Source of the DNA: an uncultured Nitrososphaeraceae archaeon
GTDB taxonomy: Archaea; Thermoproteota; Nitrososphaeria; Nitrososphaerales; Nitrososphaeraceae
Direction of reading: 5' to 3'
Length of the DNA: 19,447 bases
Assembly: GCA_963837175.1 (NCBI GenBank)
Contig: CAWIMJ010000044.1
Coordinates: 1 to 19,447, forward strand
Both the position numbers and the translations under genes were made by a program. The notes beneath the pieces were generated by a model. It made no database searches. It worked only from the letters and a program-made list of their open reading frames with translations, and was not told where the DNA came from. Shown one piece after another: positions 1-8,381 of the stretch; the first letter of the stretch is position 1, and the number at the start of each line of letters is the position of its first letter.

Positions 1-230
1 ATTGTTTACTTACGGTTAATACGTTCATAAATAGTAGAAACAGGCTCTAAAGAAACCAGTATGAAACCCAATCAGGGAGCGTCTTCTTTTTGGTGCTCAT
101 GCGAGAGTTTGTACTATATTTGAAGTAATTGTATCGGTTATATAAAATATTTCAGCTATTCTTGATTTGCTGTGACGACTATTATAATAATCATTACAAT
201 TATTTTGATTACATCGTGAAAGATAAGATA

Positions 231-841
231 TCAGAAATCTCCAAAACCTCCACCGTCAAATCCTCCAAAGTCTCCTGTTGTGCCTGAATCAGCTTCTCCT
301 GTTTGGCTACTGTCTCCTCCACCATCTGCCTCACTACTACTATCTGTCTCATCTGAGCCCCCGCCTCCAGTCTCCGAAGCCATTTGACTTTCCATTGGAT
401 TCAATGCCATGCCCATCATAGACATCATAGATGTGAAGAATAATACATCCATAATTCCTGAAAATAACATAAATGGCATCCATGATCTGTTAGAATCCAT
501 ATAGCTTTGCACTGTGTGGTATTACCATTATTATGCCATTGTCTTAACTGTTGAGTTTGCTCTTGTAGTTCTTTTTTCTTCGAGTTTAGTACTTTCAGAC
601 CAGTCTCAGTTACCTTAATCTCTATTTTTTTCCCGCCAAAAAATCTTCGTTTCTTTTCTTCCCTGATTATTAATCGCTGAGATAATAGATCATCTACAAT
701 ATGCTGAACTTCCTCTCTTGGTAACCTGGTAGTTTTAACTAAATTATCAATATCTTTAACGCCTCTTGATATCATATCCAACACTATGAAATGACTAGGA
801 TTATTATTACCAAATCTTATTTTTGACGAGTCTTCGGTCAT
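231..841 (-). pseudogene. Frameshifted (or mis-assembled) gene for a ~203-aa protein: N-terminal winged-helix-like domain, coiled segment, Met-rich hydrophobic segment and acidic Gly-rich tail
   Basis: ORFs 425..841 and 231..512 overlap in different frames. Adding one base at about 510-521 (ACA CAG TG CAA AGC to CAG xTG CAA) gives a continuous ...WHNNGNTTQ(L)QSYMDSNRSWMPFMLFSG.... The span is 611 nt (3n+2). The N-terminus FIVLDMISRG...LPREEVQHIVDDLLSQRLI...VTETGLKVL follows a wHTH pattern. Confidence 0.7.
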
Positions 842-1069
842 ATTATTGTTATAATAATAATATATTATTAATATTTAAGTTAGAATGGTTGCAATTGGTA
901 ATGGAACAGGATTATGAAATAATGTGTCTACTGGTTATGCACTTTGCTAGCATTTCAATAAAAGACCTAACGAATTGGTTGGCGGGAGGAAATTTAAGCT
1001 TCAGCTAGAAATTGATTGTGTAAACAATTCTGAGACCGGTAGCAGAATATACTTGAATATACAAATGCG

Positions 1070-1222
1070 TTATCTTTTTATGACGTCTCTGGCTTCGCTG
1101 AGATTCCCCAAAACCTTTGTAATTTCATTTCTAACAAGTGGACTTATAACCTTACCCAATGATTCAGCTTTTTGACCTGTCGTATTACCAAATGATTCAT
1201 CTGCTTTGCCAGCTTTGCCCAT
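1070..1222 (-). CDS. Possible small protein (50 aa from ATG; frame open to 1375) with 11-residue periodicity
   Basis: Manual translation gives MGKAGKADESFGNTTGQKAESLGKVISPLVRNEITKVLGNLSEARDVIKR*. The stop-free frame spans 1070..1375. Not in the ORF track. Confidence 0.35.
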   Translation of the reverse strand: MGKAGKADESFGNTTGQKAESLGKVISPLVRNEITKVLGNLSEARDVIKR

Positions 1223-1625
1223 AAAGTCCTTCCAGCCTGTAAAATTGCCTTTAAGAATTCTTTTCCATCCTGTCCTGTCTGATTTAGAAATAGTTGTGCT
1301 TCTTCTTTCGTTTATTATAGGCTGATTCAGTAACTCGTTTGATATTATTAAGTCAACCTTAATTATTCGATAGAACTAACCATGAGCTTTGTCTAAGATC
1401 ATATTTTCCCTTAATAATGCACTTTTTAATCAATATTCTGGGTTTATTAATCAAAATTTGATATCCAAATGGAGGATATATATTGTAACATTCTTATGGC
1501 TATTTTCTCTTTTGACTAACTTGACGACCAATTTGATCGGCTAGATGACCAACTTGACCTTCTTTTTTAGACCCCAGTAGCAATAGTAACATCTAAAATA
1601 ACCACCTCTGTCATATTTAAAAAAT

Positions 1626-1970
1626 CTGAATAATCAAATTTCAAATGCCATACAAAGTACAGTAATACGTCTCTACCCTCAAGCAACCTCAGAAACGATA
1701 TTGGTAGAACTCGTGGATTAGATGTAGTTAAAGTATCTAACATGGTTGATGACTGGAAGCAAAGTTTAGGTTATCCTGATGCCCAAAATCCAAGAGAACT
1801 AGGGGTTAATCTAAAGAGAATTAGAATAGATGTATTTCAATGTGTCCAAAGACTGAGGATAGTGAATATTATAAAGAAATTAACTAAATGAGGATCAGTT
1901 CAGATTCTTTATCACTCAGATTTATGAATATTGTCATAGATAGATATGGTATGGCACCTGATAATATTTC
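1626..1970 (+). pseudogene. Decayed N-terminal fragment of an HTH-starting hypothetical protein
   Basis: Reading across frameshifts gives LNNQISNAIQSTVIRLYPQAT/RNDIGRTRGLDVVKVSNMVDDWKQSLGYPDAQNPRELGVNLKRIRIDVFQCVQRLRIVNIIKKL/NEDQFRFFITQIYEYCHR/YGMAPDNI. It has a helix-turn-helix-like RNDIGRTRGLDVVKVSNMVDDW and resembles, from memory, a multi-copy Nitrososphaeraceae hypothetical family. Confidence 0.5.
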
Positions 1971-2303
1971 TCGCTGATAGACATGAAAGGATAGTACCAG
2001 ATATAATGGAGTGGGAACTGACACAGTGTGATATCAACAAAGATAAAGTAAGTGACTGCTTTCAGTTTACAGGATTAAAGATTCAAGTAAAGCATCTTGA
2101 CCATCTATTTAGAATTTACATAAAGTCAATGGGTAACGACAATTTATGTAGGGTTGAAGAGACAAAACATCCAAAGAAGAAGCCAGTCATTGGAGCGGAT
2201 AAATGAAATTTCCAATCCAAATGAAAGGGTCGAGACGCAAATTGCAGAACAACGCTACCAGTTATCTCAAATTCACAATATGCTCACTGAACTCGCCAAA
2301 TGA
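1958..2303 (+). pseudogene. C-terminal fragment of a hypothetical protein with Rep_trans-like motifs; frameshift near 2190-2200
   Basis: ORF 1946..2206 (LIIFLADRHERIVPDIMEWELTQCDINKD...LFRIYIKSMG...CRVEE) continues in another frame as INEISNPNERVETQIAEQRYQLSQIHNMLTELAK* with TGA at 2301-2303. Confidence 0.5.
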
Positions 2304-3175
2304 CAAAAGGATGCTAAAAAGAGCAGGTATCATACGAAAGAAGTAGTTAAGATCCTTATCTTCTTCTTTGCCCTTCAGTAGATGAATATAATCCAATAAA
2401 ATACTATTCTATGAGTTATCCAGAGAACACAAGGAAATTGCAGGTACTAATTATGGTTCAAAGATGAAAACATCGTTAAAAGTTCTGTGTAAGGTTGAGA
2501 TTCATAATATGAACAAGAATTTAGGTAACAGTGCATTATATTGTACTACATCCGGCAAATTCTGCAATAGCTAGATATCATTGCTTTTGTTAATTCCAAA
2601 TATCACAGATTGAAAATAAATTCATCATGTTGAGGCCATTTCACATCAGCTAATTCTATAATCCCATGGCTATAAATCACTTCATCCTATAGTTCTGAAG
2701 GATTTCTATCCATTTTCATACGATAATAGCGAGTCATCGACAGGAATAGTAAATTGATTGGTCGTGTTTTGATTGAAGAAACCGGTTACCTCTTATGAAA
2801 GATATTTTTACACTCTAGTCCAAAAGCGTATAGCTATAATGCTCATTTCTATTTAGAACTATGTAACAATATATGAAGTTTATAAAGAAAGGTACAATGA
2901 AAATGAAAAACACTTATACAATATGACACAAACTTCGTCTGTTTTGAGTTTAAATATGACAAATAGTCATAATTCGTGACTAAATTTATTATTCCATTTC
3001 AGCAGTAGCGTGACATGACGAAGTGGATCTGTGGTTTGTGTAAATTTTATCATGATTTTCAGCAACGAGTTTTCTATGACACTTACTATGGTAGTAATCA
3101 AAGCTGAGAAAATCATAAGCTCTAATTATAAAAGTTCATACAAATGGTAAGAGCGTACTAGCAAAAAGACTCTAA

Positions 3176-3382
3176 TTAGTCAACGCCCAAATTGCCCCCG
3201 CACGCACAATATCCATATTCATCAATTCTTGATCTGCAAAAAATACATCTATATTCATCATCATCATCTATTCCTCCTGATTCTCTTCCTTCTCGTCCAT
3301 AAATAACTTGATCGGCGTTCTTACCCCAATTCTGCTTATGTACATTTATTTCTTCGGGAATATCTAAATCATTAGTATTCAT
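3176..3382 (-). CDS. Small acidic protein with C-terminal Cys4 zinc-ribbon-like motif
   Basis: 68-aa ORF containing CIFC-x9-CAC (YRCIFCRSRIDEYGYCACGG). GC is higher than in the flanks and the start is ATG. Confidence 0.6.
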   Translation of the reverse strand: MNTNDLDIPEEINVHKQNWGKNADQVIYGREGRESGGIDDDDEYRCIFCRSRIDEYGYCACGGNLGVD

Positions 3383-4222
3383 CTATCCTTACTTAAGAAC
3401 CTACCAAAGTATAAGTATTTTATTTTTTAGAAATATTTCGATTTTTTAATGTTGGTTGAATTATTTCGAGATGAAGGATTTATGTAATAATGAAGAATAC
3501 TTGTAATATTTAAGAAATTGATAATGAAATGTGGGCTTGCAAAACGAGACATTATCTATAATACTTTAGGATCTGTACATCTGCCTAAAAACCGATAAAT
3601 TATCAAAAATGTTAGGCAATCTACCAGTGACAAATAGATGTATAATATCCTCGTTTACGAATTGTTCTTATGATATTCTCCATACCAATATCCGTTTTCC
3701 TTTGTCTATTAACACATAGTTTGATGATTGCGATAAAGAATTAGGATTTCATAAGACAAAATGCGATTATGGCAAACCAGGCTTAACAGCCGCTGAGTAG
3801 AATTTCCTACCGAGAATTAAGGCACCATAATGATAGGCACTAATAATAAGAATGTTGAATAGAATTCTGTATTAACTAAGATGAACAGGAATACCACCAA
3901 TAGCGGATCAAAAATTCACATATAAGCGATCAGCCGCAGTAGTTTAAGTGGACTGGAATTAAAAATCCTTAACTTTGCTTGGCATAATCTTTGTTGCAGA
4001 TGAAGACATGATAATCAAGACAAGATCAAATCTTAAAGTAGAGCAGTTTATTCTGCTGCTAAAGCTAGAGTGCAATAATGGCACATAGTAGAGTGTAAGT
4101 ATGATTCACCAATTCTACTAATTATAAACGCAACAAAACAGCCTTATGTTCGTTGGGTACTAATATTTTGATACGTAGATAATAGAAAGAACAAATAGTG
4201 CTTAATACTATCTTCAGTGATT

Positions 4223-5191
4223 CTATGAGGGAGAAAATACTTCGATACGGCTGTTCCCTTGATCCACTATATACACATTGCCTGCCGAGTCTACAGTTAG
4301 AGCGATTGGATCCATGAATTGACCATCACCGGAGCCTGGCGTTCCCCATTTTGTTATAAAGCTACCATTGCTATCAAACTTTTGTATACGATTGTTATTT
4401 CTATCCGCGATGTAGACATTCCCTGAAGAGTCTACCGCTACACCAGCAGGATTATTGAATTGACCATCACCGGAGCCTGGCGTTCCCCATTTTGTTATAA
4501 AGCTACCATTGCTATCAAACTTTTGTATACGATTGTTGCCCAGATCCACTACATAGATATGATTAGACGAATCAGCTGCAAGGGCGGTTGGAGTGATAAA
4601 CTGACCATCACCGGAGCCTGGCGTTCCCCATTTTGTTATAAAGCTACCATTGCTATCAAACTTTTGTATACGGTTATTTTCGCCAAAGTCTCCCACATAT
4701 ACATTTCCAGCAGAATCGACACTCAAGCCACCAGGATTTATAAATTGAGCATCACCCAAACCTGTCGAACCCCAAGAAGTAATAAACGTACCATTAGCTG
4801 TGAACTTTTGTATAGCTGTATCTGGACTACCAAAGTCTGCAATATATACATTATTTAAGGAATCTATATCGATACCAGCTGGATTGGAAAAGCGTCCATT
4901 TCCAAATCCTAGAGTGCCCCAAGAAGTAATAAACGTACCATTAGCTGTGAACTTTTGTATTTTATTAGCCACACTAGTAAAATCAGTAACATAAACATTT
5001 CCTGCAGAGTCTATCGCTATTTCTAATGGCTGTGAGAATTTACCAAAACTAATGCCATTTGTTCCCCATTTTGTCAGAAACGAATATTGTTGTTGTTCTT
5101 GTGCATAGGCTGGAGCGGAATCCCTCGATATTTGTAGAGACCAAACAATCCCTAAAATAGCAGATAAAAACAAAAGACTTCTTGCAATCAT
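4223..5191 (-). CDS. Secreted NHL-repeat six-bladed beta-propeller protein
   Basis: N-terminal signal peptide ending ...APAYA|QEQ, then six ~47-aa repeats of type F.nP.giavDs.gnvYv.D..nnRIQKFdsnG.FitkWG..G.GdGQ. Confidence 0.93.
   Translation of the reverse strand: MIARSLLFLSAILGIVWSLQISRDSAPAYAQEQQQYSFLTKWGTNGISFGKFSQPLEIAIDSAGNVYVTDFTSVANKIQKFTANGTFITSWGTLGFGNGRFSNPAGIDIDSLNNVYIADFGSPDTAIQKFTANGTFITSWGSTGLGDAQFINPGGLSVDSAGNVYVGDFGENNRIQKFDSNGSFITKWGTPGSGDGQFITPTALAADSSNHIYVVDLGNNRIQKFDSNGSFITKWGTPGSGDGQFNNPAGVAVDSSGNVYIADRNNNRIQKFDSNGSFITKWGTPGSGDGQFMDPIALTVDSAGNVYIVDQGNSRIEVFSPS
4315..4672. repeat. Three direct repeats at a 141-bp period inside the NHL gene (71-bp perfectly identical core)
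   Basis: tgaccatcaccggagcctggcgttccccattttgttataaagctaccattgctatcaaacttttgtatacg occurs at 4320-4390, 4461-4531 and 4602-4672. Copies 1 and 2 match over 4315-4396 / 4456-4537. Confidence 0.95.
4771..4960. repeat. Two identical 43-bp direct repeats (147-bp period) inside the NHL gene
   Basis: cccaagaagtaataaacgtaccattagctgtgaacttttgtat at 4771-4813 and 4918-4960, encoding IQKFTANGTFITSWG. Confidence 0.92.
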
Positions 5192-5224
5192 ATTATATCA
5201 GAAAGATCATTCTATGTTTATCTA

Positions 5225-5232
5225 TATATAAA
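5225..5232 (-). promoter_or_regulatory. Putative archaeal TATA box of the NHL gene
   Basis: TTTATATA on the minus strand about 34 nt upstream of the ATG at 5191. The AT-rich background lowers specificity. Confidence 0.45.
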
Positions 5233-5362
5233 TATCACTGGATTAGGATAAATCATATCTATCGTGTTTTTCTACAATGACCATACAGGATAACATGAGG
5301 CTCAAGATTGTTAAATACTAATAGAACAAATCCAGCAGGTATTGTCTTACCGTTACCGTGTT

Positions 5363-7229
5363 TCATATTATTTGACTTAGGATTGGTAGGCTAAAACTAA
5401 ATGTAGCTCCTTTTCCATCAGCATTATTTTCAGCCCATATTTTCCCTCCATGATCTTTGATAATACTTTTTGATATAAACAAACCTAATCCAGTACCTCT
5501 AGATGATTTTGAAGCAAACTTTGAAAATAGACGTGGGAATATTTCAGAGTCTATTCCAGAACCAGTATCTTTGACGCTAATAATTACTTCTTTTTTGTTG
5601 TTGCTATACTTATTATTGTTATTATTGTTATTATTATTCTCATCATCTTTCTTTTTTTCTACCAGAATAGATATAGTTCCTTCTTTTGTGAATTTTATTG
5701 CATTGTGTAGTAGATTGTAAATAACTTGAATCAGTCTGGTTTTATCAGCTTGTATAATTATTTCTTCTTCACAGGCTTTGTATAATAATTTGCACCTGTT
5801 ATTATCAGCATGACCACCTTGCAATTCCTCTTCTTTTGTATTTATCACTATGTCGTCTAACACATTTAAAATTAGATCGTTCAGATTGACTTGTTGTTTA
5901 TCTATATGTAAAGTATTAGTTTCTATTCTTGTAACATCTAGTATGTCGTCTGCTAGGCGCTGTAATCTTTTTGCATTACGAATTATAGCTGCAGTGCTTT
6001 CTCTTTTCTTATCCTCCTCTCCTAATTCTTCTTCTAGCATTTCTGCATATCCTATGATAGGCATAATTGGTGTTCTTAACTCATGTGCTGCTAAATTGAT
6101 AAATTCAGTCTTTATACGGTCAGATTGCTGTAATTGTTCATTTAGTTCTGTTTGTCTCCATAGAGTTTCAAATATTGAAAGATAAGATAAAACGGTTGCC
6201 TGACTATTTGAATATGTTGACCATCCTAAAGCTTCTGCTGTACCTAATATTTTGTTTTAAATCATCTTTTAATTCCATAATTAAAGAATACTTTCTATCG
6301 ATTATCAATGATTTGAATTTAATTCCTAATGTCGGTGCAATATTACGAAAGTCTATTATCTTATTATTATTATGTTGCTGCTGGTTTTGATTATGATGTT
6401 GATGCTGATTTAAGTTCTGTAGTGTTTTTATTATACAATCATCTGTAGGAGTAAGAAGTTTGATACTAATACCCTCTTCTGCTAATTGATTTAAAAATTC
6501 TATTGTTCCTGTATTGTCTTGAATATAAAATGCATTAGCTGTAGAATATATTATATTGACTTCTTTTTTAGCCTTTCGTAAAAGATCCCACTCTAGCTTT
6601 TCAGCATCCTCAGGACTTTGAATAACCTCTGTAACTTCTGGTACGATGCCATACTCTATTTCTCTAATCTTTTGTTCAGATGGCATTGCTCTGTTCCAAA
6701 AGCTCTCAAATATAAATTGCTGTTGCTCTACTATCTCTTTGACATTACTGTATATGAGTTGAGGGAGTGGTTTAGAGTTTTGGAAATTCGCACTACCAAC
6801 ATATTCCCTCTCATCACTTACTTCAAAGTTACCTTTAATTCCATCTAAATGACGAATTTCAGAAGCAAATTTTAACATCTCTTTACAATAAGAAATATTA
6901 TCTTTTGTGATTTCAGTAACATATCTAAACTTTACACCTCTATTCTTAGCAGCAGAAAGTCTTTCTTGTCTTATAGAATCAGTTCCAATAATAATAGACG
7001 GTGCTGTAGAATCTACAACAGAATCTACCCTCTGTTTTGCTTTAGATACAAATTCTACAAGTGCTTTAGTTGAATTCTCAGTACCATGAAATATTTTTGT
7101 AGTTTCATTCTTATTTATTGTAATATCGCTCCTCTCATGTTTTGTAAAAGGAGATTGTTTTACGTTGTTGTTATCGTTATTCTTCTTATTTTCATTTTCA
7201 TCATACCTAATGTCATCTTTTATGAACAT
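5363..7229 (-). pseudogene. Cytoplasmic sensor histidine kinase (tandem duplicated N-terminal domain + HisKA + HATPase_c), split by one frameshift at about 6242-6256
   Basis: The kinase frame is open from 6256 down: NKILGTAEALGWSTYSNSQATVLSYLSIFETLWRQTELNEQLQQSDRIKTEFINLAAHELRTPIMPIIG (H-box His at 6083-6085). It has N box NLLHNAIKF, G1 DTGSG, F box LFSKF and G2 GTGLGL. ORF 6204..7229 supplies the N-terminus. The span is 1867 nt (3n+1), about 621 aa when repaired. Confidence 0.88.
5596..5646. repeat. AAT/AAC trinucleotide microsatellite encoding a poly-Asn insert in the kinase ATPase domain
   Basis: ttattattgttattattgttattattatt encodes a run of Asn (DDENNNNNNNNNKYSNNK) between the N and G1 boxes. 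Confidence 0.8.
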
Positions 7230-7766
7230 AAATACAATTCACCTTACCTTGCGTTTCTAGGGTATACGTATCTTCGTCCATCAATACTCATACCAATTCT
7301 ATGTTGCCTATAGTAAATAAATAGATGTAAAAGATATTGAAATATATCTAATTGCAGAAAAGTACAAAATTAGCTTTTAGCACAGTAAGGCAGAGAAAAT
7401 TAAAAGCAGACTAGACGATCTGTCTGAAGTAATCTGGTCTGTTATATGTAAATAATTTTAATTATCAGAAAGACGAAACTTCAAAGTAAACGGGAAAATC
7501 AGGTTATCATGATTGATATCCGCTTAGTAAATACTCCTGCATACACAGGTTGTAGAATAATTCAAGTTATAAAGCAATACACATGTTGTTATAGGTTGAC
7601 TAGTATGTTTTTTTCTTGCCATGAAAATCTTAAGCAAACGTTTTGCAATAATAAGAATAAGCGAGACATTTATGCGATATAAAAAAAGAATGAGAGACAC
7701 CATAAAGTCTATGATAGATATGATAACTCGTAGTGATTCTTACGATCAATGTACAAAATAAAGTAA

Positions 7767-7976
7767 GGATTCATTAAGACAGGTCCCGACCTGTCGCCAG
7801 AAAATCTGAGCGCTGCAGGCTGGCCCATTGCCCGTCAACCATACTTACTCGAAACCAGTTTACCGGGGGTTTTCGCAGTGGGTAATGTGCGAGGCGGCAG
7901 CATCAAGCGTGTTGCATCCGCAGTGGGCGAAGGATCAATCGCGATCTCATTTGTTCATAAAGTACTCCAGGAATAG
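7767..7976 (+). pseudogene. Isolated C-terminal 69 aa of a thioredoxin-reductase-like FAD-dependent oxidoreductase; GC-rich, no start codon
   Basis: Manual translation gives GFIKTGPDLSPENLSAAGWPIARQPYLLETSLPGVFAVGNVRGGSIKRVASAVGEGSIAISFVHKVLQE*, immediately preceded by an in-frame TAA. ETSxPGVFAxG(D>N)VR and KRVASAVGEG match the second FAD-binding motif of the TrxB-like family. Hand count is 111/210 G+C (53%). Confidence 0.85.
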
Positions 7977-7983
7977 GAAACAG

Positions 7984-8010
7984 ATGGCTGGATCATCATG
8001 ATCTAGCCAT
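7984..8010. repeat. Near-perfect 13-bp inverted repeat
   Basis: ATGGCTGGATCAT-C-ATGATCTAGCCAT. The arms are complementary at 12 of 13 positions, the mismatch being a G-T pair. Confidence 0.7.
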
Positions 8011-8381
8011 AGTTACTTTACAGTATCTTTATACTCAACTATACACCTGTTCAACATCTTAATCTTAGATATCTAGTCGTGAGGAAGTGAAAAGACACTG
8101 ATAGACTTGTGAGGCAATTGTTAACAGAAGTTTTGCTGTAAACTTTAGTTTGTCAATATTGCCTTGCATAAAAGAGTAAAGGATGTGGGTAGCAGCATTT
8201 GCTAACTACACATACATTCTTGATTGGATACCATTGTTACTAGAATCGAGGAACATCCCAAATCTCGCTCTCAGAGTATGGACTAAGTCGTTTAGTTTCT
8301 TTTTTAATATTCTTCTTTATCTGCTACTGTGGTTCTACTAAATGAAAGACAGTTAACGATTTTTATGCATAGGTTAGAGTA

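Noticed and set aside
823-1175. Plus-strand ORFs 823..1008 and 975..1175
   Set aside because: Alternative start codons and no motifs. The minus-strand frame at 1070..1375 looks more protein-like.
4037-4078. SRAVYSAAKARVQ* resembling the YxxxK motif of short-chain dehydrogenases
   Set aside because: Only 13 codons, with no supporting upstream or downstream SDR motifs.
4320-4672. Identical repeats with variable spacers resembling a CRISPR array
   Set aside because: The repeats are 71 bp at an exact 47-codon period inside an intact NHL ORF, and no cas genes are present.
6255-6261. Slippery heptamer T TTA AAA (minus strand) at the kinase frameshift, suggesting programmed -1 frameshifting
   Set aside because: The -1 frame hits TAG within a few codons. 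Reaching the kinase needs a +1 (or -2) shift.
4460-7313. Plus-strand ORFs 4460..4858, 4800..4994, 5457..5720, 5850..6185, 6175..6390, 6618..6848, 6907..7089 and 7086..7313
   Set aside because: Antisense shadows of the NHL and kinase genes with no recognisable motifs.
8183-8213. Imperfect hairpin atgtgggtagca...tgctaactacacat
   Set aside because: Short bulged stem that is compatible with chance.
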